NCBI GenBank assembly: GCA_021731405.1
Contig: JAKFXN010000003.1
Span: 44,676 to 108,675, forward strand
Reading direction: 5' to 3'
DNA length: 64,000 nucleotides
Origin: Candidatus Parcubacteria bacterium
GTDB taxonomy: Bacteria > Patescibacteriota > Minisyncoccia > Phycocordibacterales > UBA918
Positions 29,737 to 38,856 of the stretch are shown piece after piece (position 1 is the first letter of the stretch; every line of letters starts with the position of its first letter). The position numbers were made by a program, and so were the translations under genes. The notes under the pieces are model-generated. The model was not told the origin of the DNA and ran no database searches. It saw only the letters and a program-made list of their open reading frames with translations.

Positions 29737-30405
29737 ATGCAGAAAAAAGACACTGCAATCATTGTGCTCGGAGGTGGAAAAGGGGAACGCTTTGGTTCAC
29801 TTAAACAGTTTACAAAAATTAAGGGAAAGACCCTTTTGTGTATTGTTGTTGATACACTGCTGGGATATAAGTTAAGTTCAACGCTAGTTCTGGTGGTTCC
29901 AAAAGACAATGTATCGGCTGCAGAGCAGCTGTATAAAAACAATTCTGAAGTTGTAGTGTTAGCTGGCGGGACAAGTCGCTTTGAGAGTACCAAGATAGCT
30001 TTGGATTACCTGCATGAAAAAAAATGTCAGTTCGTTTTTATTCATGATGCGGTACGACCATTTGTTCGAAAGGTAGACTTTCTAAGCCTGCACAAAGCAA
30101 TGGCAAAAGAGAATACCGAAGGCGCAGTATTATTTTTGCCAATAACTGACTCCGTTGTTTCTTCTGGGACTAAAAAAAATCAAATAGTACACCTTGATAA
30201 TACTAAATTGCGAGCTACCCAGACGCCACATCTTTATAAATACAAAACACTTGCTGCGACCTTTGCGTCAACTCGTAAGAAAGTAGAGAACGCAAAATTG
30301 ATGGAGTCTTCTGGGTACCAACTATCTTATGTACTAGGGTCACGTTTCAATATTAAAATTACGCATCAAATAGACATGCCGCTGTTTAAGTACTGGTCTC
30401 TATGA
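29737..30405 (+). CDS. IspD/TarI-like sugar-alcohol-phosphate cytidylyltransferase
   Basis: AIIVLGGGKGERFG...LKQF and IHDAVRP motifs of IspD/TarI family. Confidence 0.7.
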   Translation: MQKKDTAIIVLGGGKGERFGSLKQFTKIKGKTLLCIVVDTLLGYKLSSTLVLVVPKDNVSAAEQLYKNNSEVVVLAGGTSRFESTKIALDYLHEKKCQFVFIHDAVRPFVRKVDFLSLHKAMAKENTEGAVLFLPITDSVVSSGTKKNQIVHLDNTKLRATQTPHLYKYKTLAATFASTRKKVENAKLMESSGYQLSYVLGSRFNIKITHQIDMPLFKYWSL

Positions 30406-32465
30406 AAAAAATATCATTTATCGTTTATTATCCCTACCAGTGGTTTATTTATAAAAATGTTTACAATAAACTCGATCCAACTAAAAGAGAAATTATTGTC
30501 GATCTAGGCTTCCAGCCGCTGCTACAGAATAAAGATCTCGAACAAAGTATCGTTGCTTTACTGACTGAGAACAATGTCACATTTCGAACTTTACAGCATA
30601 TTGATTTTGTACGAGAGAAATACTTAGAAGATTTTTTCTCAAATGTTGAGGTCATTGTGTCTTGTTGGGAAGCCTCCTCGGTGGCGATTCCACAAACGGA
30701 GCATATTAAGAAAGTGGGTATGACCTATGGCATTGCCAAGGAACTAACGTTACTTCGGCCAACTCGTTCAATATACGACGTCATACTTGCTTACGGCGAG
30801 CGCGACAAGAAGCTGTTTGAGTTGATGACAAAATCCATTGCTATCGGTAACCCAAGAGCGGATGCGTTTTACCTAGGTGAAAAGCATGTCACGCCTGATA
30901 TCGCAGCTATTAATACTTTTATTGCCGGAGGCAAACCCTCAGTGTTATATGTACCAACACACGGTGACCTGAGCTCTCTCTCGACTATGAGGGAGACAAT
31001 AGCTAGTCTTGCTCCAAGGTATAACATAATAGTTAAACCCCATTACTACACACTGCGTGAAGACGCGGCTCTTGTCGGGAAGTACAGAGACATACCTGAG
31101 GTACTTGTAGTTGACGATACCGTCGATACCTTTGACGCCATAGCAGCTGTTGATGTTGTACTAAGTGACAATTCTAGTGTCATATTTGACGCTATGCAGG
31201 CAGGTAAGGATATCATCGTGTCTGACTTTTTGTCGCCACACTTCTTAGATACACTTCATAAAAATTTACGCTTTTCAAAGCGAGGACTCATTGGTGCTTC
31301 AACCTATTCAAAAAGTATTGAACAAGAAATTAAGGACAATGATTTAGTGGCTGTTATCAAAAAGCCTGAAGAGTTGGAAACTTTACTGAAAGATATTGCT
31401 GCCATCAATGCAAAATATACAACTAAGCAAGCAGAAATTGTGCGCGAAAATTTTGCTTATACGGACGGACATTCATCTGATAGAGCGGTGAAAATAATTA
31501 ATGAGGTATATGTTGAACCTCGCAATTACACTCCAGGAATTCTCCACCATGCGTATCAGGCGTTTGGAAACAGACTATACCGTACGCTTGTAAACAAAAA
31601 AGAAGAGGACGAAAGATTGAATGCTTCGGGCAAAGATCTGATTGTCTGGATTATTGCCACAACTAAGACCGAAGAAAAAGAGTTGCAGGCAACAGTATAT
31701 TCCGCCTTAGGGAATCCTACCGTCAGTCAGGTATATGTCAGCGGTTTTCCGCGGAAAATTTTCGGAGATAGTGAAAAAGTGCATGAGATGACCCATGATG
31801 AGGTATTAAAGGCTCTCTATGAGACCCTCTCTCTAGAAGCTGATCTTTGTATTACGACACCAAATACCTTACTTAAAAATCTCAGTGCTGCGACAGTATT
31901 TAAGCAAGTAAATGCCAAAGAAGCTTTGTTTTTTGCAGAAAATGGTAGCGCAAAACCATCTCAAGTGTCACAGACACTTGATGTAAGCCTCTTGCTAAAA
32001 AATGAAATATTGAACTACGAAACTGTTTGGCGGGATATATTGCTTGATGTTTCCTATGCTCAAGTTAAATCTTTAGAGAAGTGTGCCGTACTTATTGGGG
32101 TTGAAACACTGCGAGCGCAGCCGCGTATTGATTTCAAGAACATTTCTTTTGAACAGATAAGCGCCTATTGTATAGAAATATATCGTTTGCAGGCTATGCC
32201 TTTTTACGTGATGCCAAACTTCTTTCAAGTACATACAAACCCTGATCCTGAGAGGATGTTTAGTAAATTATCAAACCGTGCGATTTATCTAGAAAAAGAT
32301 GGGCTTAGTGTGTGGCAATGGGCTGATTTCAAGCCAGGTAAGTATATATGGAAATGTGTACGAGGTGATTTAAGGTATGCAAAGCTCCTTCGTCTTTTGC
32401 TGATTAAAGTATTCATTTACACAAAAGTACATTTGCACACAAAAGGTTATATTAAAAGGCTGTAG
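30402..32465 (+). CDS. TagF/TarL-like CDP-alditol phosphotransferase domain protein with ~280-aa C-terminal extension
   Basis: KPSVLYVPTHGD...IIVKPHYYT...VVLSDNSSVIFDAMQAGKDII resemble Glyphos_transf catalytic core; 4-nt overlap with upstream gene. Confidence 0.55.
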   Translation: MKKISFIVYYPYQWFIYKNVYNKLDPTKREIIVDLGFQPLLQNKDLEQSIVALLTENNVTFRTLQHIDFVREKYLEDFFSNVEVIVSCWEASSVAIPQTEHIKKVGMTYGIAKELTLLRPTRSIYDVILAYGERDKKLFELMTKSIAIGNPRADAFYLGEKHVTPDIAAINTFIAGGKPSVLYVPTHGDLSSLSTMRETIASLAPRYNIIVKPHYYTLREDAALVGKYRDIPEVLVVDDTVDTFDAIAAVDVVLSDNSSVIFDAMQAGKDIIVSDFLSPHFLDTLHKNLRFSKRGLIGASTYSKSIEQEIKDNDLVAVIKKPEELETLLKDIAAINAKYTTKQAEIVRENFAYTDGHSSDRAVKIINEVYVEPRNYTPGILHHAYQAFGNRLYRTLVNKKEEDERLNASGKDLIVWIIATTKTEEKELQATVYSALGNPTVSQVYVSGFPRKIFGDSEKVHEMTHDEVLKALYETLSLEADLCITTPNTLLKNLSAATVFKQVNAKEALFFAENGSAKPSQVSQTLDVSLLLKNEILNYETVWRDILLDVSYAQVKSLEKCAVLIGVETLRAQPRIDFKNISFEQISAYCIEIYRLQAMPFYVMPNFFQVHTNPDPERMFSKLSNRAIYLEKDGLSVWQWADFKPGKYIWKCVRGDLRYAKLLRLLLIKVFIYTKVHLHTKGYIKRL

Positions 32466-32489
32466 TTACCTTTTGGTATACTTATCTCT

Positions 32490-33359
32490 ATGTTAGAAAG
32501 TTGGTACGCAGCTCTCCTGAAATTTAAAACATATACATTACTTTGTTTTGATCTTATTAATGATCTCCGTCTGCATGTAATCTTTAACTATTTTCTCGTC
32601 GTTTCGTGGTTTTTGTATGCGTCTGGACTTTCGGCCTCTCGCTCGGTTAGTTACGCCGCGCTTATGGCTTGTTTGGCAGGGTTTAGCTATTTACTCAATC
32701 GCTATACAGACTATAGCTACGATGTGATTGTTGATAGAGGACTAGCAAAAGTATCTCCAAAAGTATATTTAGTATTGTCAGCTTGTTTTTTTGTTTGCGG
32801 ACTCGTTTTGGTCTATGTGTATCCTCAGTATCTTTTCCCAATTATATTGGGAACCTGTCTGGGGATTTTTTATAGTGTGAAGACGATTTTTAAATACCCG
32901 CTTAAGAATTATTTTGTAACAAAAAATTTATTTGCCGCTTTTTCAAAATACTTGGGCACTATGATTGGAGTGCTGCTGGTCATTCCGTTTTCCGAAGGCC
33001 TGCTTATTCGCAGTATTTCGATGTTTGCTTTTCATCTTATCTATGAAATTTTGTGGGACATACGTGACATTGAGTCTGATAGGGCTGGAAATGTTTCAAC
33101 TATTCCAAACAGATATGGCAAGACATTAGCTCTCGTTGTCTGTGTCTTAATATGGCTTATAAGCTTTCAGGCTCAATATTTTGTGGTAAACCATTCGGAA
33201 TACTTCTTTATAAAATATGCTGTTGTGTTATCGATTATATTTTCACTCATTTTTATTACAACGGTGCGCTGGTACCACGTGGCGATTTATATCCACATTG
33301 TTCTTTCACTCATTTTTATCAATAAAGAAGTTATTTTGTTTATACGAAGTCTCTTGTAA
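32490..33359 (+). CDS. UbiA-superfamily prenyl/phosphoribosyl transferase (membrane)
   Basis: LNRYTDYSYDVIVDRG = NxxxDxxxD Asp-rich motif in polytopic membrane protein. Confidence 0.6.
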   Translation: MLESWYAALLKFKTYTLLCFDLINDLRLHVIFNYFLVVSWFLYASGLSASRSVSYAALMACLAGFSYLLNRYTDYSYDVIVDRGLAKVSPKVYLVLSACFFVCGLVLVYVYPQYLFPIILGTCLGIFYSVKTIFKYPLKNYFVTKNLFAAFSKYLGTMIGVLLVIPFSEGLLIRSISMFAFHLIYEILWDIRDIESDRAGNVSTIPNRYGKTLALVVCVLIWLISFQAQYFVVNHSEYFFIKYAVVLSIIFSLIFITTVRWYHVAIYIHIVLSLIFINKEVILFIRSLL

Positions 33360-33362
33360 TCT

Positions 33363-33390
33363 TTGACATTTACAGATAGTAAGGTAGAAT
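33363..33390 (+). promoter_or_regulatory. sigma70-like promoter for GC-rich ORF
   Basis: TTGACA-16nt-TAGAAT. Confidence 0.45.
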
Positions 33391-33466
33391 ATAACCATCT
33401 TTTATAACACTTGGGGTAAGGTACCTTAGGTGGGGAATCATAAAAGAGTTCTTTTAGGAGATTTTC

Positions 33467-33949
33467 ATGAAGCGTCAATCTGCATGCAAAGGACTCTTTG
33501 CATCTCTCGCCATCTCGTTCCTGTGCCTCATCGGCACGTCCGCTTTCGCGCAGGAATCTGGTGTCAAGGCCGTTTCGACCAACAGCGATCCCATGGCACA
33601 AGTGGTGCTGACGGAAGCCGAGGTCCGCGCCCTCGTCACCGACAAGTCGGTCACTTGGGAAGCTGGCCAGTGGGGCCTCTGCCGGAATGACTTCAAGGCT
33701 GACGGTACGTTCACTTTCGAGTGCAACGGCAGCAACAACAAGTACTACGACACCGGCAAGTGGTACTTCAAGGACCACGAGTCCGAGCCTCGTCGCATGA
33801 TCTGTCGTGACTACGACAAGCAGAAAAAGGGGAGTTGTATGTCCATGGCCAGAAGTGAGGCTGGGGAGACCTTCTACTTCTTTGGGTTGTCCAAGAAAAA
33901 ACAAAATAAGGTCACTCGCGTCACCGAACTCGTGCAGGTTCCCATGTGA
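33467..33949 (+). CDS. GC-rich orphan ORF encoding secreted Cys-containing protein (160 aa)
   Basis: GC ~58%; signal peptide MKRQSACKGLFASLAISFLCLIGTSAFA|QE; AGGAG 6 nt before ATG; perfect terminator 33967-33995. Confidence 0.55.
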   Translation: MKRQSACKGLFASLAISFLCLIGTSAFAQESGVKAVSTNSDPMAQVVLTEAEVRALVTDKSVTWEAGQWGLCRNDFKADGTFTFECNGSNNKYYDTGKWYFKDHESEPRRMICRDYDKQKKGSCMSMARSEAGETFYFFGLSKKKQNKVTRVTELVQVPM

Positions 33950-33966
33950 ACAGGCTCGAGCCGAGC

Positions 33967-33995
33967 AAACCGCCAACCCAGTTGGCGGTTTTTTC
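33967..33995 (+). terminator. terminator
   Basis: aaaccgccaac-cca-gttggcggttttttc. Confidence 0.85.
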
Positions 33996-34033
33996 TTGTC
34001 CAAATTTGATGGTACACTGCGTCTAAGACAATT

Positions 34034-35272
34034 ATGAACTGGCTAGAAAAAATATTTCACCATTCAGAACTTTTTACCCAAAGAAGTATCCAAGCGCTAT
34101 ACGTCATCTTGTTTTTTGATCTTGTCTTTACGTTCAACAGCTGGACTTCACAAGGATACCTAACAGTACAAAGTGTAAAAGAAAATGACGCAATCTGCTG
34201 GCCATATTTTCAGAATTGTTTGGATCTGTATGTTTTTCAAGCCATACCGCAAGGCTATAGTTTGGGTATTCTGTACATGGTAATAGGAGGTTTCCTGTTT
34301 ACCTCGCTATATTTTTCCTACAGAGAAAAGTGGGACAAGGCACTGCTTTTTTTAGCAATACCAGCTCTGTTTAAGTTTTTGATGTTGTACGTGTTCTCCT
34401 ATCTGCCAATTGGTAATTACCATGTACTCGGATTGGTATTTGTACTCCTCCTCCTATTTGCTAAGCACAAATTATTCGCACTAAAGGTTGCAGTAACCGT
34501 TTTTTATTTTTGTGCTGCCGCCCTCAAAATTAACGCTGGCTATATTTCAGGCTCAATCTTTTCTTCCTTAGCGCTCGGCGTGCCAATTTTCCCGAATAGT
34601 TTGTTACCGTATTACGGCCTCGTCTTCATACTTATAGTTGTAGCGGTACCCTTTTTCCTCTGGTCGGCTGAATTACGAGTACGTATTATGGCTGTGAGTA
34701 TTTTGGCAGCGTTTCATGTGTATAGTATTACCCTCGTAGGGTTTCGTTTTGCGGCTCTTTGTATACCAATATTGTTTATACTTTTTATACTATCTGATTA
34801 TGAAAAATTCTCTTTCAAGAAAATACGGACAGATGTTTTTTCCTTCATTCTGATTAGTCTGATTATTTTAGGGCAAAGTCTACCTATTATAATTGCCGGT
34901 GATGAAAGAATCACCAGTGAAGGTGAAAAATACGGTTTTTATATGTATACCGCTAATCGACAGTGTATCAGAACGATAAATGTACATTACAAAGATGGCA
35001 CGAGCGCTGAAAATACCTACGAAGACAGAAAGGGGATGAGACGCTGTGACCCCTATGAAGATTGGTTCAGGATTCAGCAAGCGTGTAAGCAAGATACCGT
35101 TTCTCGAATAGAGTGGATTTTTAACGTAAGTATCAATGGGTCCTACTTCTATACTCTGGTTGATGTTCCAAATGCTTGTGTCATAACTGAATATAAGGCT
35201 TTTTCACACAATGACTGGCTAAAAACCGACATTCAAGATACGAGTCTTCCAGTATTAAAAAATAGTATTTAA
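34034..35272 (+). CDS. polytopic membrane protein (~8 TM) with C-terminal extracytoplasmic Cys-containing domain; possible membrane glycosyltransferase
   Basis: Hydropathy only; context next to UbiA/TagF genes. Confidence 0.4.
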   Translation: MNWLEKIFHHSELFTQRSIQALYVILFFDLVFTFNSWTSQGYLTVQSVKENDAICWPYFQNCLDLYVFQAIPQGYSLGILYMVIGGFLFTSLYFSYREKWDKALLFLAIPALFKFLMLYVFSYLPIGNYHVLGLVFVLLLLFAKHKLFALKVAVTVFYFCAAALKINAGYISGSIFSSLALGVPIFPNSLLPYYGLVFILIVVAVPFFLWSAELRVRIMAVSILAAFHVYSITLVGFRFAALCIPILFILFILSDYEKFSFKKIRTDVFSFILISLIILGQSLPIIIAGDERITSEGEKYGFYMYTANRQCIRTINVHYKDGTSAENTYEDRKGMRRCDPYEDWFRIQQACKQDTVSRIEWIFNVSINGSYFYTLVDVPNACVITEYKAFSHNDWLKTDIQDTSLPVLKNSI

Positions 35273-35328
35273 CTACATAAGTGCATAATTTTGCTATCCG
35301 CTAAAATCATTGTGATACCATTAAGGTA

Positions 35329-35598
35329 ATGATAAATAGTATTCCAAAGAAAATAGGGTATCTATTGCTAGCTTTAGCAGTAACTGCTTTAGGGTTTATT
35401 TTATCTCTAATTCCGGCGGGGCAAAAAGCGACCGCTGACGTAGCTATGACAAATGCCGACTATTGTGGCGTTGGTGGTCCTGGATACATGTCAGAATATT
35501 GTTATTCAATTGGATTTTATTATTACACTGACAGCGGTGGCGACGCTGCTGCTGCTTGCGGCGACGCCGCTGGAGCTGACTGTTGCTCTGCTAGTTGA
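35329..35598 (+). CDS. small secreted Cys/Gly/Tyr-rich peptide precursor (89 aa, 6 Cys in C-terminal 45 aa)
   Basis: N-terminal hydrophobic leader then DYCGVGGPGYMSEYCYSIGFYYYTDSGGDAAAACGDAAGADCCSAS. Confidence 0.5.
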   Translation: MINSIPKKIGYLLLALAVTALGFILSLIPAGQKATADVAMTNADYCGVGGPGYMSEYCYSIGFYYYTDSGGDAAAACGDAAGADCCSAS

Positions 35599-35617
35599 TT
35601 GTTCTAAAACTTAATAT

Positions 35618-36667
35618 ATGAAAAGCCCTGTTTTTATTGCCATTGTCCTCGTTCTAATAGCAGTTGTTGTCTTTGCGGCGAGATTGTTTCTTCTTGATCG
35701 AGAAATCACAATGCAAGCTGTGCCTCCTGCTCAAACCGAAGAAGGGAACAACGATGGTTTTGTAGATATTACTAAACAGGCAGTTGAGACAAACTCTGAT
35801 TTACAGGAAGGTATTCGACTTATAGAAAATGGTAGATTTGCCGACGCTCGAGTTTATTTACAAAAAGCGGTAGAAACAGAAACTGACCCAAATACCAAAT
35901 CAGTGGCTGACCTGACATTCGCAAGTACTTACTTTAGGGATAATCAGCCTGAGTTAGCCGCTGAAAACTTATTGCGTGTTGCCAACGAGCCATCGTATCC
36001 TAGCTCTACTCGTGCTTTTGCACTGACGACAATTGTGCAGCAGTATAATGCCACAAAAGACATCTCACTTCTCAAAGTCTTTGGAGACACTGAAGAATTT
36101 AACACCAGCTATTTACTACAGGGAGCACACAGACAAATCGTTACCCTCTTTCCAATGGGTCTGTCAGTCGCATACCTAGCAAGAATCGATATGGATAGAT
36201 TTGCGGATAAAGCTGAAATCACGTATCAAGAGGCAATTGAGAAGATTGACGCAGACATCATTTTTCAAAACAAGGGCCTAGAAAGTAATTATCTTGTACC
36301 GAATATAATGATTGCAAAAGCAAATCTGATGGCTAAAGCAGAAGGCCTTGGGTTTGAAGATCGGCGTGAAGTAATTAAAGCTTATAAAGACGCAATTACT
36401 ACCGCTAAAGAAAAGCTTCAGGCAACTACTGCTCAGTTTGCCATGCTCCAGTACATGAACTACTTGGGTAAAAATGTTGAAGAAAATACGGTACTTATCG
36501 ATGAAGCCCTCGCAATCTTTGAAGCAGAGAAACTAACTGAAATGGTCGTCAATCACTTGGGACGAGAAGAGGTTGTCTACGAGTGGCCAGGGATTATTGC
36601 TATTGCACGAGTAAATGAAGCATACGTTACATTCTTCTCCCAATATGTTCCAGTTCCCCAACAGTAA
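35618..36667 (+). CDS. membrane-anchored helical-repeat (TPR-like) protein
   Basis: N-terminal TM helix, alpha-helical repeats; no catalytic motif. Confidence 0.4.
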   Translation: MKSPVFIAIVLVLIAVVVFAARLFLLDREITMQAVPPAQTEEGNNDGFVDITKQAVETNSDLQEGIRLIENGRFADARVYLQKAVETETDPNTKSVADLTFASTYFRDNQPELAAENLLRVANEPSYPSSTRAFALTTIVQQYNATKDISLLKVFGDTEEFNTSYLLQGAHRQIVTLFPMGLSVAYLARIDMDRFADKAEITYQEAIEKIDADIIFQNKGLESNYLVPNIMIAKANLMAKAEGLGFEDRREVIKAYKDAITTAKEKLQATTAQFAMLQYMNYLGKNVEENTVLIDEALAIFEAEKLTEMVVNHLGREEVVYEWPGIIAIARVNEAYVTFFSQYVPVPQQ

Positions 36668-37184
36668 AGTGTACGCGCTTATTGCCCTAACTCTCGTTTT
36701 AGGGATATTAGTAGCGCTCAGTTTTCGTATTGTTCGCTATACAGACCTCTTGCCCCCACAGATAGTCGACATAAGCCCCGTTGAGGCGTATGAAAACATT
36801 CTTGGTAATCCCGAAAAATACATTCTCATAGATGTTCGCTCTGGTTCTGAGTACCAAAACGCCCACGCTACAGGTTCGGTAAACTTACCGATACATTATC
36901 TCTATGATGATATGCACGGTTTGCCTAATGAACTACGTGTTCCTGTACCAAAAAATACCGATCAGGAGATATACCTTTTATGTACTGGAGGTAGATTGGC
37001 GGGTGTAGCCTATGGATATCTTGAACACCATGGCTATCGAAACATTAAACGAATCGAAGGAGGTATTGCAAACTGGGCAAAAAGTGGGCTCCCGATTATA
37101 ACCAAGTCCCTCTTTTCTGGGACAGAAGTAGATTTTAATACTGCGACAGAGGGTGAGCTCGATAGACCGTATGTTCAAGAATAA
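36645..37184 (+). CDS. membrane-anchored rhodanese-domain sulfurtransferase
   Basis: ILIDVRSGSEYQNAH...LLCTGGRLAG (active-site Cys loop). Confidence 0.75.
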   Translation: MFQFPNSKVYALIALTLVLGILVALSFRIVRYTDLLPPQIVDISPVEAYENILGNPEKYILIDVRSGSEYQNAHATGSVNLPIHYLYDDMHGLPNELRVPVPKNTDQEIYLLCTGGRLAGVAYGYLEHHGYRNIKRIEGGIANWAKSGLPIITKSLFSGTEVDFNTATEGELDRPYVQE

Positions 37185-37884
37185 GGGCTTAATTCTTTTT
37201 CTCCTCGTCGTATTTTTTATAGGATCGGGTTTATTTCTTTATACAAATGAGGAAAGAGTACCAGAACAAGAAATAAACCTAAGTGAGACACTGACTATCC
37301 GTGAGAACGAACATTATCTTAGCTTTGCAGAGGATTCAGAATACACTGTTGTTGAATACCTAGACTTTGACTGCGTTTTTTGCAGGCGGTTACATCTGGA
37401 ATTAGACAAAGGAGGAGTCGATTATTCTAAAATTACCTATATCATCAGAAGTTTTCCAAGCACAGGCGTAGTCTTGTATTCAAAAAAAGCCTTAATTGCT
37501 GAATGTATATATGACCAAAGTGGAGACGCAGGGTACTTAGCCTTTATTGATTTGTACTTTAAGACCTGGGGTAATAAAAATGACCTTACTTGGGCAACTA
37601 AGATTGCGGAAAATCTTGTGACTGACAAGGACGCTTTATACAATTGTTTAGAAAACAACCAAGCAATAAAAGATACTATCAGTAGTAATTTTACGCTTGA
37701 TAGTATTGCTGGCGTTACGCAGACTCCTTCGTTTTATGTTTATAAAAACAATGTACTTGAACAAAAGTTTGTTGGACTTGGAGCAAAGACATACCGAAAC
37801 TTAATGAGGTATTACTCTCGAAATAGTAGGGGGTATTTAAATACCTGGACGACGCTCCCGCTTTTTGAAAATGTACGCCGATAA
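37171..37884 (+). CDS. DsbA-like thioredoxin-fold thiol:disulfide oxidoreductase (membrane anchored)
   Basis: N-terminal TM helix; LDFDCVFCRRLH CxxC active site. Confidence 0.7.
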   Translation: MFKNKGLILFLLVVFFIGSGLFLYTNEERVPEQEINLSETLTIRENEHYLSFAEDSEYTVVEYLDFDCVFCRRLHLELDKGGVDYSKITYIIRSFPSTGVVLYSKKALIAECIYDQSGDAGYLAFIDLYFKTWGNKNDLTWATKIAENLVTDKDALYNCLENNQAIKDTISSNFTLDSIAGVTQTPSFYVYKNNVLEQKFVGLGAKTYRNLMRYYSRNSRGYLNTWTTLPLFENVRR

Positions 37885-38157
37885 TTTTTTCTGCTCTCCA
37901 AGCGCATGAAATATATGGGGCGCAATATCTGGGTTGCAGTGCACTGCCACTTTTTGAACGCCTTGCCCTGATATCAAAAGTTCCATCCCAGCGTTAGTAA
38001 AAACAGCAGTGACCCTTCTCTTGCCGCTCTTGCTTTTTCCTTGCGTAATAATACCTGGTGAAACAAGAGTTACTCCAGGTATTTTTTCAAGGAGAACAAC
38101 TACTTCCTCGGCGGTCTCGGTCAGAGTTGAGTGGGTACCACCACGAATGTTCTTCAT
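37837..38157 (-). CDS. hypothetical protein (106 aa)
   Basis: ORF only. Confidence 0.35.
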   Translation of the reverse strand: MKNIRGGTHSTLTETAEEVVVLLEKIPGVTLVSPGIITQGKSKSGKRRVTAVFTNAGMELLISGQGVQKVAVHCNPDIAPHIFHALGEQKKLSAYIFKKRERRPGI

Positions 38158-38249
38158 TACTTAAGTGTAGCAAAAATGGACTGTCTTTGCTTATGTATTC
38201 CAGTTTAGCCCCTTAACCTTTTTCTTAACAAATGACATACTAGAGGGTA

Positions 38250-38846
38250 ATGGAAGACGATGTGCTATATGTAAATAGATGTAAAGCTGGTGACACAGAA
38301 GCTTTTGGCGTATTGTACGATCGGTACATAGATAAAATCTATCGATTTGTTTTTTATAAAACGTTTGTTAAAGAAGTGGCGGAAGATATCACAAGTGATG
38401 TATTTCATAAGGCACTGCAAAAGATTAATTCTTACGAAGCTGACAGGGGCGTATTTAGCGCTTGGATATATCGTATCGCCCGCAATAATGTGATTGATTA
38501 TTACCGCAGTCAGAAAGGAGACGTACCGCTTGAGGATGTATTTGACGTTGGGTTTGATGAACGTACTCCCGAATCGCTCGACGCCATTGCGGCCCTTGAT
38601 AAAGTGAATGTGTATCTTGAGACTTTGAGTAGTAAGCAGCGGGAGATCATCACCCTTCGGGTTTGGGAAGAGCTGCCTTACCTCGAAATTGCCGAGATTG
38701 TGGGCGGTACGGAAGATAGTGTAAAGATGGCTTTTTCTCGCAGTATCCGTGAATTGCGTGAAAAGTGTGGACCCATTTCACCCCTACTTCTCTTTGTGGC
38801 GGTTGGGTTTTCAGAGCAGGCGTTACTTTTTCATGATTTTACGTAA
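38250..38846 (+). CDS. ECF (extracytoplasmic function) RNA polymerase sigma factor
   Basis: sigma-70 region 2 (YDRYIDKIYRFVFYK...DITSDVF) and region 4 (LSSKQREIITLRVWEELPYLEIAEIVG). Confidence 0.85.
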   Translation: MEDDVLYVNRCKAGDTEAFGVLYDRYIDKIYRFVFYKTFVKEVAEDITSDVFHKALQKINSYEADRGVFSAWIYRIARNNVIDYYRSQKGDVPLEDVFDVGFDERTPESLDAIAALDKVNVYLETLSSKQREIITLRVWEELPYLEIAEIVGGTEDSVKMAFSRSIRELREKCGPISPLLLFVAVGFSEQALLFHDFT

Positions 38847-38856
38847 TACATAGTAT

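Noticed and set aside
33287-34003. 238-aa minus-strand ORF and 86-aa plus-frame ORF over the second GC-rich cassette
   Set aside because: Same shadow-ORF effect; the 33467 frame has promoter, SD, signal peptide and terminator
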